DNA from: the human T2T-CHM13v2.0 reference genome, Homo sapiens | Assembly: GCF_009914755.1 (NCBI RefSeq) | Contig: NC_060930.1 | Reading direction: 5' to 3' (one strand) | Length of the DNA: 64,000 bases | Shown here: piece after piece, positions 1 through 12,046 of the stretch | How the letters are laid out: every line of letters begins with the position of its first letter | Numbering within the stretch: position 1 is the first letter of the stretch | Position numbers and translations under genes: made by a program | Notes under the pieces: generated by a model | Databases searched by the model: none | Told to the model about the DNA's origin: nothing | Seen by the model: the letters and a program-made list of their open reading frames with translations, nothing else

Positions 1-429
1 TTTTTTCTTTTGTTGACTGTGCATTCAAGTTTATATCCAAAAAAATCATTGTCCAGACCAATGTCACAGTGATTTTACCCTAGATTTTTACTAAAACTTT
101 TACAATGTCAAAAGTTTTATAAAGTTTAGATTTATGTTTAATTCTTTAATCCATTTTGAGTTGATTTTTTAATATGGTATAAGGTAAGGGTCAAATTTCA
201 TTCTTCCTTATGTGGATAGCATTTTCCCATCACTATTTATTACAGAGATTTTTTTTTGTCTCCTTTTTTGTTCTTGATACTTTTGTTAAAAATCAGTTGG
301 GTTTTTTTTTTTTTTTTCTGGGCTTTCTGTTCTATTTTATTGGTCACTGTGTCTGTTTTTATGCCAGTGTTGTGCTGTTTTGTTAAAATAGCTTTCTAAT
401 AAATTTTGAAGCCAGGTAGTATGATGCCT

Positions 430-723
430 TCAGTTTTGTGGTTTTTGTTCAAGATTATCTTGACTATTAGATATTTTTGTCATTCTAAACAAATTTAAGA
501 ACTTTTTTCCATTTCTGTAAAAAAGGACTGGAATTTTGTTAGGTATTACATTGAATTTGTGGATTATTTGGGGTATTGTGAACATTTTAATAATATTAGT
601 TCCCACTATGTTTTTAATCTCATTACTTGTTATTGATCTGTTCAGGTTTTGGATTTCTTCCTTGTTCAATTTTGGTAGGTTGTATATATCTAGAAATTTG
701 CCTATTTCTTCTAGATTTTCCAA
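430..723 (-). pseudogene. L1 ORF2 remnant: pre-RT (Z-domain) segment joined in frame to post-RT segment
   Basis: The translation joins NLEEIGKFLDIYNLPKL...RSITSNEIK to TNIIKMFTIPQIIHKFNVIPNKIP, which is homologous to [25 protein letters not shown]. Confidence 0.8.
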
Positions 724-2468
724 TTTATTGGCATATAGTTGCCTATAGTAAGTAGCCCCTAGTGATCTTTTGGATTCTGCAGTATCTATTGTAATATTTC
801 CTTTTTCATTTTTGATTTTATTTATTTGGATCTTCTCTCTTTTTTCCTTTGTTTATCTGGCTAAGGATTTGTCAATTTTGTTTAACATTAAAAAAACTTC
901 TTGTTTCATTGATTTTTTGTGTGTTGTTTTTTAATTTCAATTTTATTTATTTCTGCTCTCATCTTTATTATTATTTTTTCTTCTACTAATTCTCAATTTG
1001 GTTTGCTCTTGCTTTTTTCATTCTTTAAGATGCATTGTTAGAATGCTCTTTTGAAGTTTTTCCTGTTTTTTTGATGTAGGCACTTATAACTATAAATTGC
1101 TCTGAGTACTGCTTTTGATGTATCCCACAGGCTTTGGTATGCTGTGCTTCAATTACCATTTATTTCAAAAAGTTTTTCAATTTTCTTCTTAATTTCTTCA
1201 TTGACCTACTGGTCATTTGGGTGCATATTGTTTAATTTCAGTGTATTGTTATAGTTTCCAAAATTTCTCTTGTTATTAATTTCTAGTTTTATTACATTGT
1301 GGTCAGAGAAGATAACATTAATATTATTTTACTTTTTGAATGTTTTAGGAACTTGTTTTGTCACCTAACATATGGTCTACCTTGCAAATGATATATGTGC
1401 TAAGGAAGAGTATGTATTCTGCAGCTGTTGGATTAAATGTTCTATAAATATCCATTAGATCTATTTGGTCTGTAGTGCAGATTAAGTCTGACATTTCTTT
1501 GTTGATTTTTCTATCTAAAAGATGTGTCTAATTATGAAAATGTGGTGTTGAGAGCATGGGGTGTTGAAGTATTCAGCTCTTACTGTATTGGGGCTTACCT
1601 CTCTCTTTAGATCTAATAATATTTGCTGTATATACATGGGTGCTCTAGTGTTGGGTGCATGGATATTTAAAATTTTTTATCCTCTTGCTGAATTAATCCC
1701 TTTTATCATTATATATTGACCTTCTTTATCTCTTCTTATAGTTTTTGTCTTGGAATCTATTTTCTCTGATATAGGTATAGCGACTTCTCTTTTTTGGTTT
1801 CTATTGACATGGAATATCTTTTTTCATCCCTTCATTTTTAGTCTATTTGTATCTTTACAGGTGAAGTGTGTTTCTTTTAGGCAACAGAACAATGGGTCCT
1901 GTTTTTCACCCATTTAGCCAGTTTATGTCTTTTGACTGGAAAGTTTAGTTCATTTACGTTCCATGTTATTATTGATAAGGACTTACTCCTGACAATTTGT
2001 TATTGGATTTCTGGTTGTTTTATGGTCTTCTCTTCTTTCTTTCATTTTTGTCTTCCTCTAGTGAAGACAATTTTCTTTGGTGATGTTATTAGTTTCTTGC
2101 TTTTTATTTTTTGTGCATACATTGTATGTTTTTTGGTTTCAGGTTACCAGGAGGTTTGCATATACTGTATTATCATGCATTATTTTAACTTGGTAACAAT
2201 GTAACACTGTTTGCATAAACAAACTAGCCAAAAGAAAACTAATAAAATCGCTCCTTAACTTCATCATCCAGCTTTTTAAATTTTTGTTTTTATTTATATC
2301 TTATTGTAGTGACTGTCTTGAAAAGTTTTAGTTATTATTTTATATTGGTTTATCATTTTGTCTTTCTACTGAAGGCAGAGTAATTTACACACTACAGTCA
2401 CAATGTTATAACACTCTGTATTTTACTGTGTGATTACTATTACTAGTATGTTTTATACCTGCAAGTGC

Positions 2469-3439
2469 TTATTTATTGCTTACTAATGTCCTTTGCTTTC
2501 TGAATGAAAGCATTTCTTGTGCAACAGGTTTGCTGTTGATGAAATCCACCAAATTTTGCTTGTCTAAGAAAGTCTTAATTTCTTTTTCATGTTTGAAGAA
2601 TATTTTTGCCAAGTATATTATTGCAGGGTAAAAGTTAGTTTCCTTCAGCACTTTAAATATGTCATACCACTCTCTCCTGACCTGTAAGATTTCCACTAAA
2701 AAGTCTGCTGCCAGATTTATTGGAGTTCCATCGTATGTTATTTATTTATTTTCTCTTGCTGCTTTTAGCATTGTATCTTTATCTTTGAGCTTTGGGAGTT
2801 TGATTATTAAATACCTTGAGGTAGTCTTCTTTAGGTTAAATCTGATTGTGTTCTAAAACCTTCTATACTTTGGATATTGATATCTTTCTCTAGGTTTGGG
2901 GAATTCTCTATTATTATCCCTTTGAATAAACTTTCTACCCCTGTCTTGTTCTCTATTTTCTCTTTAAGGCCAATAACTCTAAGATTTTCCGTTTTGCAGC
3001 TCATTTCTAGATCTTGTTGGCATGCTTCATTATTTTGTATTCTTTTTTTCTTTTGTCTTCTCTTACCATGAATTGTCAAATATCTTGTCCTTAAGCTCAT
3101 TAATTATTTCTTCTGCTTGATCCATTCTGCTATTAAAGGACTCTGATGCATTCTTCAGTATGCCAGTTGCATTTTCAGCTCCAGAATTTCTACTTAATTC
3201 CTTTTAATTATTTCAATCTGTTTATTACATTTATCTGTTAGAATTCTGAATTTCTTTACTGTTTTATCTTGACCTTTTTTGAGTTTCCTCAACACATCTA
3301 TTTTAAATTTTCTGTCTGCAAGTTCATATATCTCCATGTCTCCAGGATTGGTCCTTGGTGCTTTGTTTAGTTCATTTGGTGAGGTCATGTTTTCCTGGAT
3401 GTTGTTGATATTAGTAGATTCCCTTTGTTCTCTTGGCAT
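2469..3439 (-). pseudogene. L1 ORF1p remnants (fragmented)
   Basis: ORFs 3194-3439, 2831-3100 and 2469-2696 carry ORF1p N-terminal, RRM and CTD-like motifs, broken by stops and frameshifts. Confidence 0.8.
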
Positions 3440-5767
3440 TGAAGTGTTAGGTATCTATTGTAGTCTTCCCTGTCTGGGCTTATTTGTAGTTGTCCTTTGG
3501 AAGGCTTTCCAGATATTTGATAGGACTTGAGTGTTGTGGTCTAAGCTATTTCTGCTTTGGGGCACCCCAAGCCCAATTATGCTATGGGTTTTGCAGATTT
3601 ATACAGGTTCTGCCATGATGGCCTTGGCCAAGATCCAGGAGATTTTTTTGGATTACCATGCAGAGACTCTTGTTTTCTTCCATTATTTTCTCCCAAACTT
3701 TCAGAGTCTCTCTCTCTGTTCTGAGTCACCTAAAGCTGGGGATGGAGTGACATAAGCACCCCTGTGGTTACTATCACTATGAATTTGCTGGGTCAAACCT
3801 GAAGCCTGCACAGCACTGGATCTCATCCAAGGCCTTCTGTAACCACTCCATGGCAACTGCCTATGTTCACTCAAGGCCCTGAGGCTCTACAAGAAACAGG
3901 TGGCAAAGCCAGTCAGGCCTGTATCCTTCCCTTCAGCGTGACAAGGTCCCTCAGGTCTGGGTGGTTTCAGAAGTGCCATCTGGGAGTCTGGGACTAGACT
4001 AAAAAAACCTAAGAAGTCTACCTTGTGTTCTATTATATTGTGGCTGAGCTGGCACTCTGACCACAAAACACAGTCCTTATCACTCTTCCCTCCCCTTCCC
4101 AAAGGCAGAGGAACCTCACCCAGTAGCCACTGTCACCCCTGGCCACAAGGAACGCTGTCACACTACCACAGATGTTTCCTTAAGGTCCAAGGTATTCTAA
4201 ATCAGCTTGTGGTGAATGCAGCTTGTCCTGGGACTTAACCTTCAAGTCAGTGGGCTCCCCTCTGGCCCAGGGCAGGTCCAGAAATGTTATCCAATAGTTA
4301 AGTCCTGGAATCAGGGACCCCAAGAGCCCACTTGGTGCTCTACCCTCCTGTGGTGGCATTGGTACCTAAGGTGCAAGCCAAAGTCCCCTTTATTTTTCCG
4401 AATCAGGAGTTTTGCCCTGTGACCTCCACAGCTGGTAATGTCTTGAGCCTCACCTGAAGCCAGCAAGTCTCAGTGGCTCTCTAAGGCCTTTGATGTAGTA
4501 CCTGGTTATCGTTGCTGGTTATTCAGGGTCCAAGGGCTCCTCAATTTGCAGGCGATTAATACTGACAGGACTAGGTTCTTTTATTCAAGCAGTGGGTTCC
4601 CTTTCTGGCCCTGGGTGTGTCTAGAAATTTCACCTGGGATCTAGGCCCTGGAACGGAGGCCTTATGACTGACCAGTTCCCTATCCTTCCATGGTTGAGCT
4701 GGTATCCAAGATGCAAGACAAAGTCCTCCTCAATCTTCCCTCTTCTCTCCTCAAGCAGAAGAAAGAGGTCTCTTTTGGAGCTGTGAGCTGTGCAGCCTGG
4801 GGTTAGGGGAGGGGTGATGCCAACACTCTCTTGCCTGCCCCAACTAGTGTCTCAGCAAGTCACATGTCCCAACAATCTGCTGTCTCTGGGCCTAGTTTAG
4901 CCCAAGGACTCACCTAAGAGTTGCAGTCTTTATGGCCTAGACTGCCTTTCAAGTTTACTTAGAGAGTGAGAGAACTTTGGCCCTTGGTGGTGACAATGTT
5001 TACAGATACTCAAGTTTGTACCATTGCAATTGGTAATTTCCCCCAGGCTAAGGCTGGTTTAACTGGTTCCTTTGTGAGAGGGGTTCAGCTGATTTGGTCT
5101 GGTTTTCTTTTCTGCTCTAACAGAACTGTGCTGAATTCAATGCCTCACAATTGCTGGGTTCTTCCTCCCCCAGTGCCCAGAGATGCTCTCTACACCAGAC
5201 CACCACTGCTGGGGGACTGGGAAGGGGTGGCATCGGTCAGTTAGGACTGTTTATTTCTATCCCTTCAGTGCCTCTTTCAGTGATAAGAATTTAAAACCAG
5301 GTATTATGAGTGCTCACCTGATTCCTGGTTCTTATGAACTTGTCTTTTCTGTGTAGATAGTTGTTAACTTGATATTCTTGCGGTGGAAAAGATTGAGGAG
5401 CTTTCTATTCTGAGATAATTCTTCACCTCTCACTTGTTTATCTTTTTAAAAGGCCTCTTAGTTTCATTTGTTGTTTTCTATTGTTTTTTAGTCTCTCTTT
5501 TATTTCTGCTCTGATCTTTGTTATTTTCTTCTATTAGCTTTGGGCTCAGTCTTCCCTTCTTTTTCTAGTTTCTCAAGGTGTAACATTAGATTAGCTATTT
5601 GTGATTTATACTATTATATACATATATAAAATATTTTAATATATATAGGGTTTTTTGGCTATAAATTTCCCTCATAGGATTGCTTTTGCTCTATCCCATA
5701 AGTTTTAGTATGTAATGTTTCTATTTTAATTTTTCTCAAGGCACTTTCTTATTTTTCTCTTTGATTT

Positions 5768-6188
5768 TGTGTCCAGAGTTGGTTCCTTCCAGTGGGTTTG
5801 TGGTCTCACTGACTTCAAGAATGAAGCTGCAGACCTTCGTGGTGAGTGTTAGGTGGCATGGACCAAAAGGGTGTGCAGCAGCAAGAGTTATTGCGAAGAG
5901 CAAAAGAACAAAGCTTCCACAGCATGGAAGGGGACCTGAGTGGGTTGCTGCTGCTGGCTAGGGTGGCCATCTTTTATTCCCTTATTTGTACCTGCCCATG
6001 TCCTGCTGATTGCTCCATTTTACAGAGTGCTGATTGGTCCATTTTACAAACCTCTGGCTAGCTACAGAGCACTGATTGGTGTGTTTTTTACAGAGCATTG
6101 ATTGGTGCATTTTTCAAACTTCTTGTAAGATAGAAAAGTTCTCCAAGTCCCCACTTGACCCAGGAAGTCTAGCTGCCTTCACCTCTCA
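5768..6188 (-). mobile_element. Short solo LTR12 (ERV9; LTR12F-like)
   Basis: Termini tgtgtccag...acctctca, i.e. TGAGAGGT...GACACA on the minus strand. 4-bp TSD ATTT at 5764-5767 and 6189-6192. Repeated gattgg (CCAAT) units. Confidence 0.92.
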
Positions 6189-7796
6189 ATTTTTTCTGTG
6201 CCCAATTGCTTGTTTAGTAGCCTGTTCTTCAATTTTCACACATTTATGTATTTTCCAAGATTTCTTCTGTTATTGTTGGTAGTTTTATGCCACTGTAATC
6301 CAACAAGACTTTATGTATTTACGTGCTCCAAAGTTGGGTGCATACAAGATTATAGCTGTTATGTCTTCTTGTTGGGTTAACCCTTTTACCATTATGTAGT
6401 GACCCTCTTTGTCTCTTTTTATAATGTTTGACCTAAATTTTTTTTGTTTCATATAAGTATAGCTATCTTTGCTCACTTTTGGTTTTCATTTGTGTGATCT
6501 TTTCCATCCTTTCACTTTCAGTTTGTGTATATCCTTACTAGTAAAGTGAGTCTCTTATAGGCGGCATTTGGTTAGATCTTTAAAAAAAGTCTATCCAACC
6601 ATTGTTTTTTAATAGGGGAATTTGTCCATTTACATACAAGATAATTACTGATAGGTAAAGACCTGCTATTGTCGTTTTGCAATTTGTTTTCTGATTGTTT
6701 TGTAGATCTCTTGATTCTTTCTTTCTCTCTTGATTTCTTACTTTGCTGTGTGATGGTATGGTTTGACATATTTCTTTTTATATTTTGTTTTTGCTTTGAG
6801 ATTACAATAAGGCTTATATAAAATATATTATCCTTACAATATGTTATATAAGACTGATAACAACTTGCCTTTAATTGCATACAAAATTTTACACTTTCAC
6901 TCTCTCTTCCCCATCTTTTATAATTTTGGTAGCATAATTTATATTTGGCTTTGTAATCTCTGTCTTTTAGCAATTTATTGTAGCTACAGTTGTTTTAAAT
7001 ATTTTTCTATTGCTTTATATACCATATTTGTAGTATAAGAGAATGTTGAGTATGACTATTTTACTAATATCATTGAGGTTTTATTTTCATTTTTTTGTTT
7101 TAATTAGAAGCCTTTTATTTCATAACAAAGAGCTCCCTTTAGTGATTCCTGTAACTCAGGCCTTGTGATGATGAATTCCATTAGTTTTTGTTTGTGAAAG
7201 TTTTTATTTATCCCTCCTTTCTGAAGGACAGCTTTGCTGGGAAAAATAGTCTTGGTGGACAATTTTGTTTTCTTTTTTCACCTTCAGCACTTTGAATATA
7301 TCATTTTACTCTGTTGGTCTGCAAGGTGTGTGCTGAGAAAGACGGTGAAAGCCATATTTGGTTTCCTTAGAATGTAATATGTTTCTTTGTCTTTGATTTT
7401 TAATAATTTTATTATGGTGTGTTTATTAAACTCCTCTTTCACTTGAATTTTACTAGCAATTCTTGAGCTTCTTTAACCTGGATTTTATCATCTCTCCACA
7501 GGTTTGAGAATATTCTAGCCATTATTTCTTTAAATATACCTTTTAGGCTATTTTGTCTTTATTATATTTAATAAACATCTATTATGCAAAAGTTAGTTCT
7601 GCTGATGTTACAAAATTTCCGTATGACTTCTTTATTATTTCTTTTTCTCCTTGATTGGATAATTTCAGACATTTTTGAGCACACTGGTCTTCTGCCCAAT
7701 TAAGTCTGCTATTGAAGCTTTCTATTGAATTTTTCAGTTGTTATTGTATATTTTATTTCTAGAGTTTCTATGTATTTATTGTTTCTATTATTTTCT

Positions 7797-8091
7797 CTTT
7801 TTTTGAGACGGAATTTCAATCTGTTTCCCAGGCTGGAGTTCAGTGGCACAATCATAGCTCACTGCAAGCTCCAACTGCCAGACTCAAGTGATCTTCCCAC
7901 CTCAGTCTCTGAGTAGCTGGAATCACAGATGTGAGTCATTGTGCCTGGCTAATTTTTTAAAATTATTTTTTAGTAGAGACAAGGTCTTATTATGTTGACC
8001 AACTTGGTCTTGAACTCCTAGGCTCAAGAAATCTTCCTGCCTCTGATTCCTAGCCTCCATGGGGTTACAGACATAAGCCACAGTGCTCAGC
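7797..8091 (-). mobile_element. Alu (AluJ-like)
   Basis: Diverged antisense dimeric Alu: tttttgagacgg...cccaggctggag...gccacagtgctcagc. Confidence 0.9.
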
Positions 8092-8941
8092 TTGTTTCTG
8101 TTTCTTCTTCAAGCCTCTCATTTTGTTCATATATTGTTTTCCAAATTTTATTTAATTTTCTATCCATATGGTATTATAGTCTCATAAATATCTTTAAGAT
8201 AATTATTCTGAATACTTTGTCAATCATATTACAGATTTCAATTTCTTCTGTGTTAATTACTGCAGCTTTATTAGTTTCTTTTGGTGGTGTCATTGTTCTG
8301 ATATTTCATAATTCTTAAGTCCTTATTTTGATGCCTAAGCATTTGAGACGATGACAACTTACTTTGGTCTTTTCTGGTATTCTTTGGTGGTAGTATACCT
8401 TTATTAATTAGTCTAGCCTGGGATTCTATATGGGCTGACAGGTAGCAATACCAGAGAGGCAGATATTGGCATGAGGTTCTTAAGGTTTTCTGGTCCATTT
8501 CCTGTGCTATGAGGTAAAATAATATTTCTGGCTGTTCTCCCTGGTCTGGAAAGACCACTGACGACTCTACTTTTTAGGTGGGGCTGCTGGAGGGGCTCTC
8601 CAATCATTTCCGACTGGGCAGAGTTGAAGGTTGTTTTCCCTGGCTGGGAGATACTGTTATTTGGAATCTGTAGTTGGGCAGGGCCATGTGATGAGCTCCA
8701 AGACTAAGCAATGTCTCTGGGTTGCTGCTCAGCCCTGTTAGGTAGGTAGAATGGGAAGCTATGCTGCACAGATAATATGTGGACTTGCATTTGCCTCCAA
8801 GTCTAGGGTAGGCTGAAGCCGAGCAATGAAGTTTGGTGGGGTCACCATACTACTACTAGAATTGAGAAGGGTCAGAAGCTCCCTCTGTTAGTAATCGTTG
8901 GCCTGCATTTGCTTTCTCCTATGAGGAAGACTTAATGTTAG

Positions 8942-9628
8942 TGAGAGGTGAAGCCAGCTTGGCTTCTGGGTAGGGTGGAGACTTGGAGAACTTTTCTGTC
9001 TAGCTAGAGGATTATAAATGCACCAATCAGCACTCTGTAAAATCGCACCAATCAGCCCTCTGTGTCTAGCTAAAGGTTTGTAAATGCACCAATCAGCACT
9101 CTGTAAAACGGACCAATCAGCACTCTGTAAAATGGACCAATCAGCAGGACATGGGTGGGGACAAATAAGGGAATGAAAGCTGGCCACCCCAGCCAGCAGT
9201 GGCAACCCGCTTGGGTCACCTTCCATGCTGTGGAAGCTTTGTTCTTTCACTCTTCATAATAAATCTTGCTGCTGCTCACTCTTTGGGTCTGCACTACCTT
9301 TATGAGCTATAACCTCATGGTGAGGGTCTGCGGCTTCATTCCTGAAGTCAGCAAGACCACGAACCCACTGGGAGGAACAAACAACTCTGGACATGCCACC
9401 TTTAAGAGCTGTAACACTCACTGTGAAGGTCTGTGGCTTCACTCATGAAGTCATCAAGACCACAAACCCACTGAAAGGAAGAAACTCTGGATACATCAGA
9501 ACATCTGAAGGAACAAACTCCGGACACACCATCTTTAAGAACTGTAACACTCACTGTGAGGGTCCATGGCTTCATTCTTGAAGTCAGCGAGACCAAGAAC
9601 CCACTGGAAGGAACCAATTCTGGACACA
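8942..9628 (+). mobile_element. Solo LTR12 (ERV9)
   Basis: Termini TGAGAGGTGAAGCC...GGACACA with perfect 4-bp TSD TTAG (8938-8941, 9629-9632). Five ccaatcag units and U5 tandem units (gtaacactcactgtga). Confidence 0.95.
9021..9145 (+). promoter_or_regulatory. LTR12 CCAAT (NF-Y) box cluster
   Basis: Five CCAATCAG motifs in U3. The downstream TATA-like gaataaaag is mutated to gaatgaaag. Confidence 0.6.
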
Positions 9629-10444
9629 TTAGTAGCAAAACATAGATGGATTACCTCTCCACTGATAAGATTTGGCAGGGCCAGATGTTCTTTGTACAAG
9701 TATTTTCTGACCTACAGTTGCCTCTCAAACTTAACTTGTTAAGTTAAAGTCTTAACAAGAGAGCTGGGCAGTGTGGGGAAGCCAGCTAGGAATTCCAGCT
9801 TGGAAAACCAATGGATTCTATTTCCTGTAGTGTAATGCCTTGGCTAGCTCTGTGGTGTGGTCCATTGGCCAGAATGCAGAGCAACCACCCAGTACCATGC
9901 ATTGATTGTTGTGAATTCCACACCCATTCTTTGTTTCTGACCCGAGATGATCTAGCCCTGATGGTACTCCCGGTGTTTCTAGTGAGAGGAGACAGGAGTG
10001 AGATGCCTGTGATGGATCCAGGAATGGTACAGAAGCTAAATGTTCACCTCCAACTCCCTTTTTCTACTGCAGAAACCATGAGTACAGGAGAAATATCTAT
10101 GTGTGTCACTGTGTCAGCTGGGGAGCACATTGGAATGGTCAGAGAGAACTGTTCTTCTTACTGTTTGATTACAACTTTTTTTGGTTTTGTGGTCGAAAGG
10201 GGTGTCTTAGCCTCACTCCCGACTTTTGGAATTTTCAGGATGGTATTTTTTTGCCTGTGGATTGTTGCTAGTTGGATTACTTTTGGGGGTGGCTAGAGTG
10301 AAGCTGGAGAGCTCTTATTCCACCATCACACTGATGATATCTCCCATAACAAGATTTATTGAAGATAATTAAACACATGATAAAATGCAATTATGTATCT
10401 TATTTAGTTATGTGAGTATATGAGGGTAAAAGGCTCTGAGCACT

Positions 10445-10940
10445 GACAGCTCAAAGTTGGAATGTTGAACTTGATACAACAAAAATTTCACAGAACATCA
10501 AAAATATTTGACACATTGAAAAATAAGATCAGGCTGACCTCATTTCTAAACATAAGTCAAATAAAAGGATATTGTGCCACCACGATAATAAACGAATATT
10601 CTCCTGTTTCTTGGCTCACTGAGGGTTTTCTCCTTACTAACAAATGACAGATAACACATGTTAATTTCTTTCACTTTCGAGTTAAAAATAATTAGGCTAA
10701 CCATCACATTACATCTGCCTCCTGAGAGAAGCCAGTCCAGAATACACCCTCACTCTCTTAAGCTCATCTTCAAATCAACCAGAACAACCTGAAACACTGT
10801 AGCAAGTTTTCACAAATTTTCTCCTATCGAAGTGTTCCAAGATTGCCCATGGAGTGTGGTTTTCTTGATAAATAATTTATACTTTATTTTGTTAGAATAT
10901 GGATTAAGTTCTTGGTGGTTTTTTTTACTGTACTTTATCA
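10445..10940 (+). mobile_element. Probable old ERV1 LTR (MER31/MER67-like)
   Basis: About 500 bp, TG...CA-like, with a 3' end resembling ...ggtggtcttt...ca. Assignment by resemblance only. Confidence 0.35.
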
Positions 10941-11755
10941 CTTACATATATTAAAAAGTGTGATCTGACATAACCGTCCAGTTTTGTCTTAAAAAATAAT
11001 CTTGTGATAAATTTTAACTGCTTATATCGGTAGCAAACCTGACAGCCAATTAGAATCACATGGGAATTATAATTTTAATTTGTACTTGATTATTGTCACT
11101 TTATGACATTTTTAGGTGATGTTAACATAAGAAAAAGGGTTGAGAAACTCTTGTCTAAGAGAACGGTTCTAGTTTCATTTTCAGAATTGGCATTCCAGTT
11201 CTCTATATTCCATGTAACTTATGCTGAAATTCAAGGTTCTCACTGTTACATCCCTTCACTGAAGACAGAAAGGTTTCTGCCTGTGCTGTTGCTGAAAACC
11301 TTTTAAGGGCATCTTTACATAGTGACTCTCTATCAGATGGTTTCTGTGGAAGGCTTAGCTTCCCCTCAGTGTTTTTGCTTTTGTTTTTGAAACTCTGAAG
11401 GCTAACTTTAACGAATCGAAATACTGACTCTTCATCTTAACCAATCTGTCTTCAATGCTGGCTGCATTATGTCTGATCCCATGAGCATCCTCTGTGTTCT
11501 CTAGGCATAGGAGGATAAATTCTACCCCAATTTGTGTGACGAATAATTTCCTGAAAATATTTCTCCTTTAGCTTGGGCCCATTTAGCTTTCCTATGTGTT
11601 CACCATTTAAACATCTCCCAGTCCCAGCAACTCAAAGCGTTGCTGTTTAATGAACAGGTTCTTGATGAATTTTATTCTGTGGATATTCTTCAGTTTACCA
11701 CTACTGGATGTATTACAGCAGCTTGAAGACTTTTGGCTGTATAAATCAGTATAAT

Positions 11756-12046
11756 TGTCCGGGTGTGATGACTCACGCCTCTAATCCCAGCACTTTGGAA
11801 GGCCGAGGCGGGCAGATAACGAGGTCAGGAGATCAAGACCATCCTGACCAACATGATGAAACCCCGTCTCTACTAAAATACAAAAAATTAGCTGGGCATG
11901 GTGGTGTGCGCCTGTAGTCCCAGATAGGTGGGAAACTAAGGAAGGGGAATCACTCGAACCCGGAAGGTGGAGTTTTCAGTGAGCCGCGATCGCGCCTCTG
12001 CACTCTAGCCCAGCCGCAGAGCAAGACTCCAAAAAAAAAAAAAAAA
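11756..12046 (+). mobile_element. Alu (AluS, Sc-like)
   Basis: Full dimer with poly(A) at 12031-12046. Confidence 0.95.

Larger units (their letters stand above)
1..5425 (-). mobile_element. Old LINE-1 (L1PB/L1MA-era) with long 5'UTR, ORF1, spacer and ORF2; internal RT deletion near 605; 3' part runs off the window
   Basis: Minus-strand ORF2 peptides (MENLEEIGKFLDIYNLPKLNKEEIQNLNRSITS) and ORF1 peptides (RREWYDIFKVLKE, NLRVIGLKE...GVESLFKGIIIENSPNLEKD). A GC-richer ~2-kb 5'UTR (3500-5425) has sub-repeats and ends in an L1M-type 5' terminus. Confidence 0.9.
5430..10345 (-). mobile_element. Older L1M element (ORF2 N-terminal region, ORF1, 5'UTR), interrupted by two LTR12s and an Alu
   Basis: ORF2 endonuclease remnant IKRDKEGHYIMVKG (6285-6476) and ORF1-like antisense sequence at 7140-8350. 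An L1M-type 5' end (ctcttattccaccatc...) lies at ~10312-10345. Confidence 0.8.

Noticed and set aside
9290-9620. Regularly spaced ~80-bp repeats (also 49470-49900) resembling a CRISPR-like array
   Set aside because: These are the known LTR12 U5 tandem units. They have no unique spacers, there are no cas genes, and the DNA is primate.
9811-10296. 161-aa plus-strand ORF
   Set aside because: It lies antisense in an old L1 5'UTR, has no recognisable domain and has no exon support.
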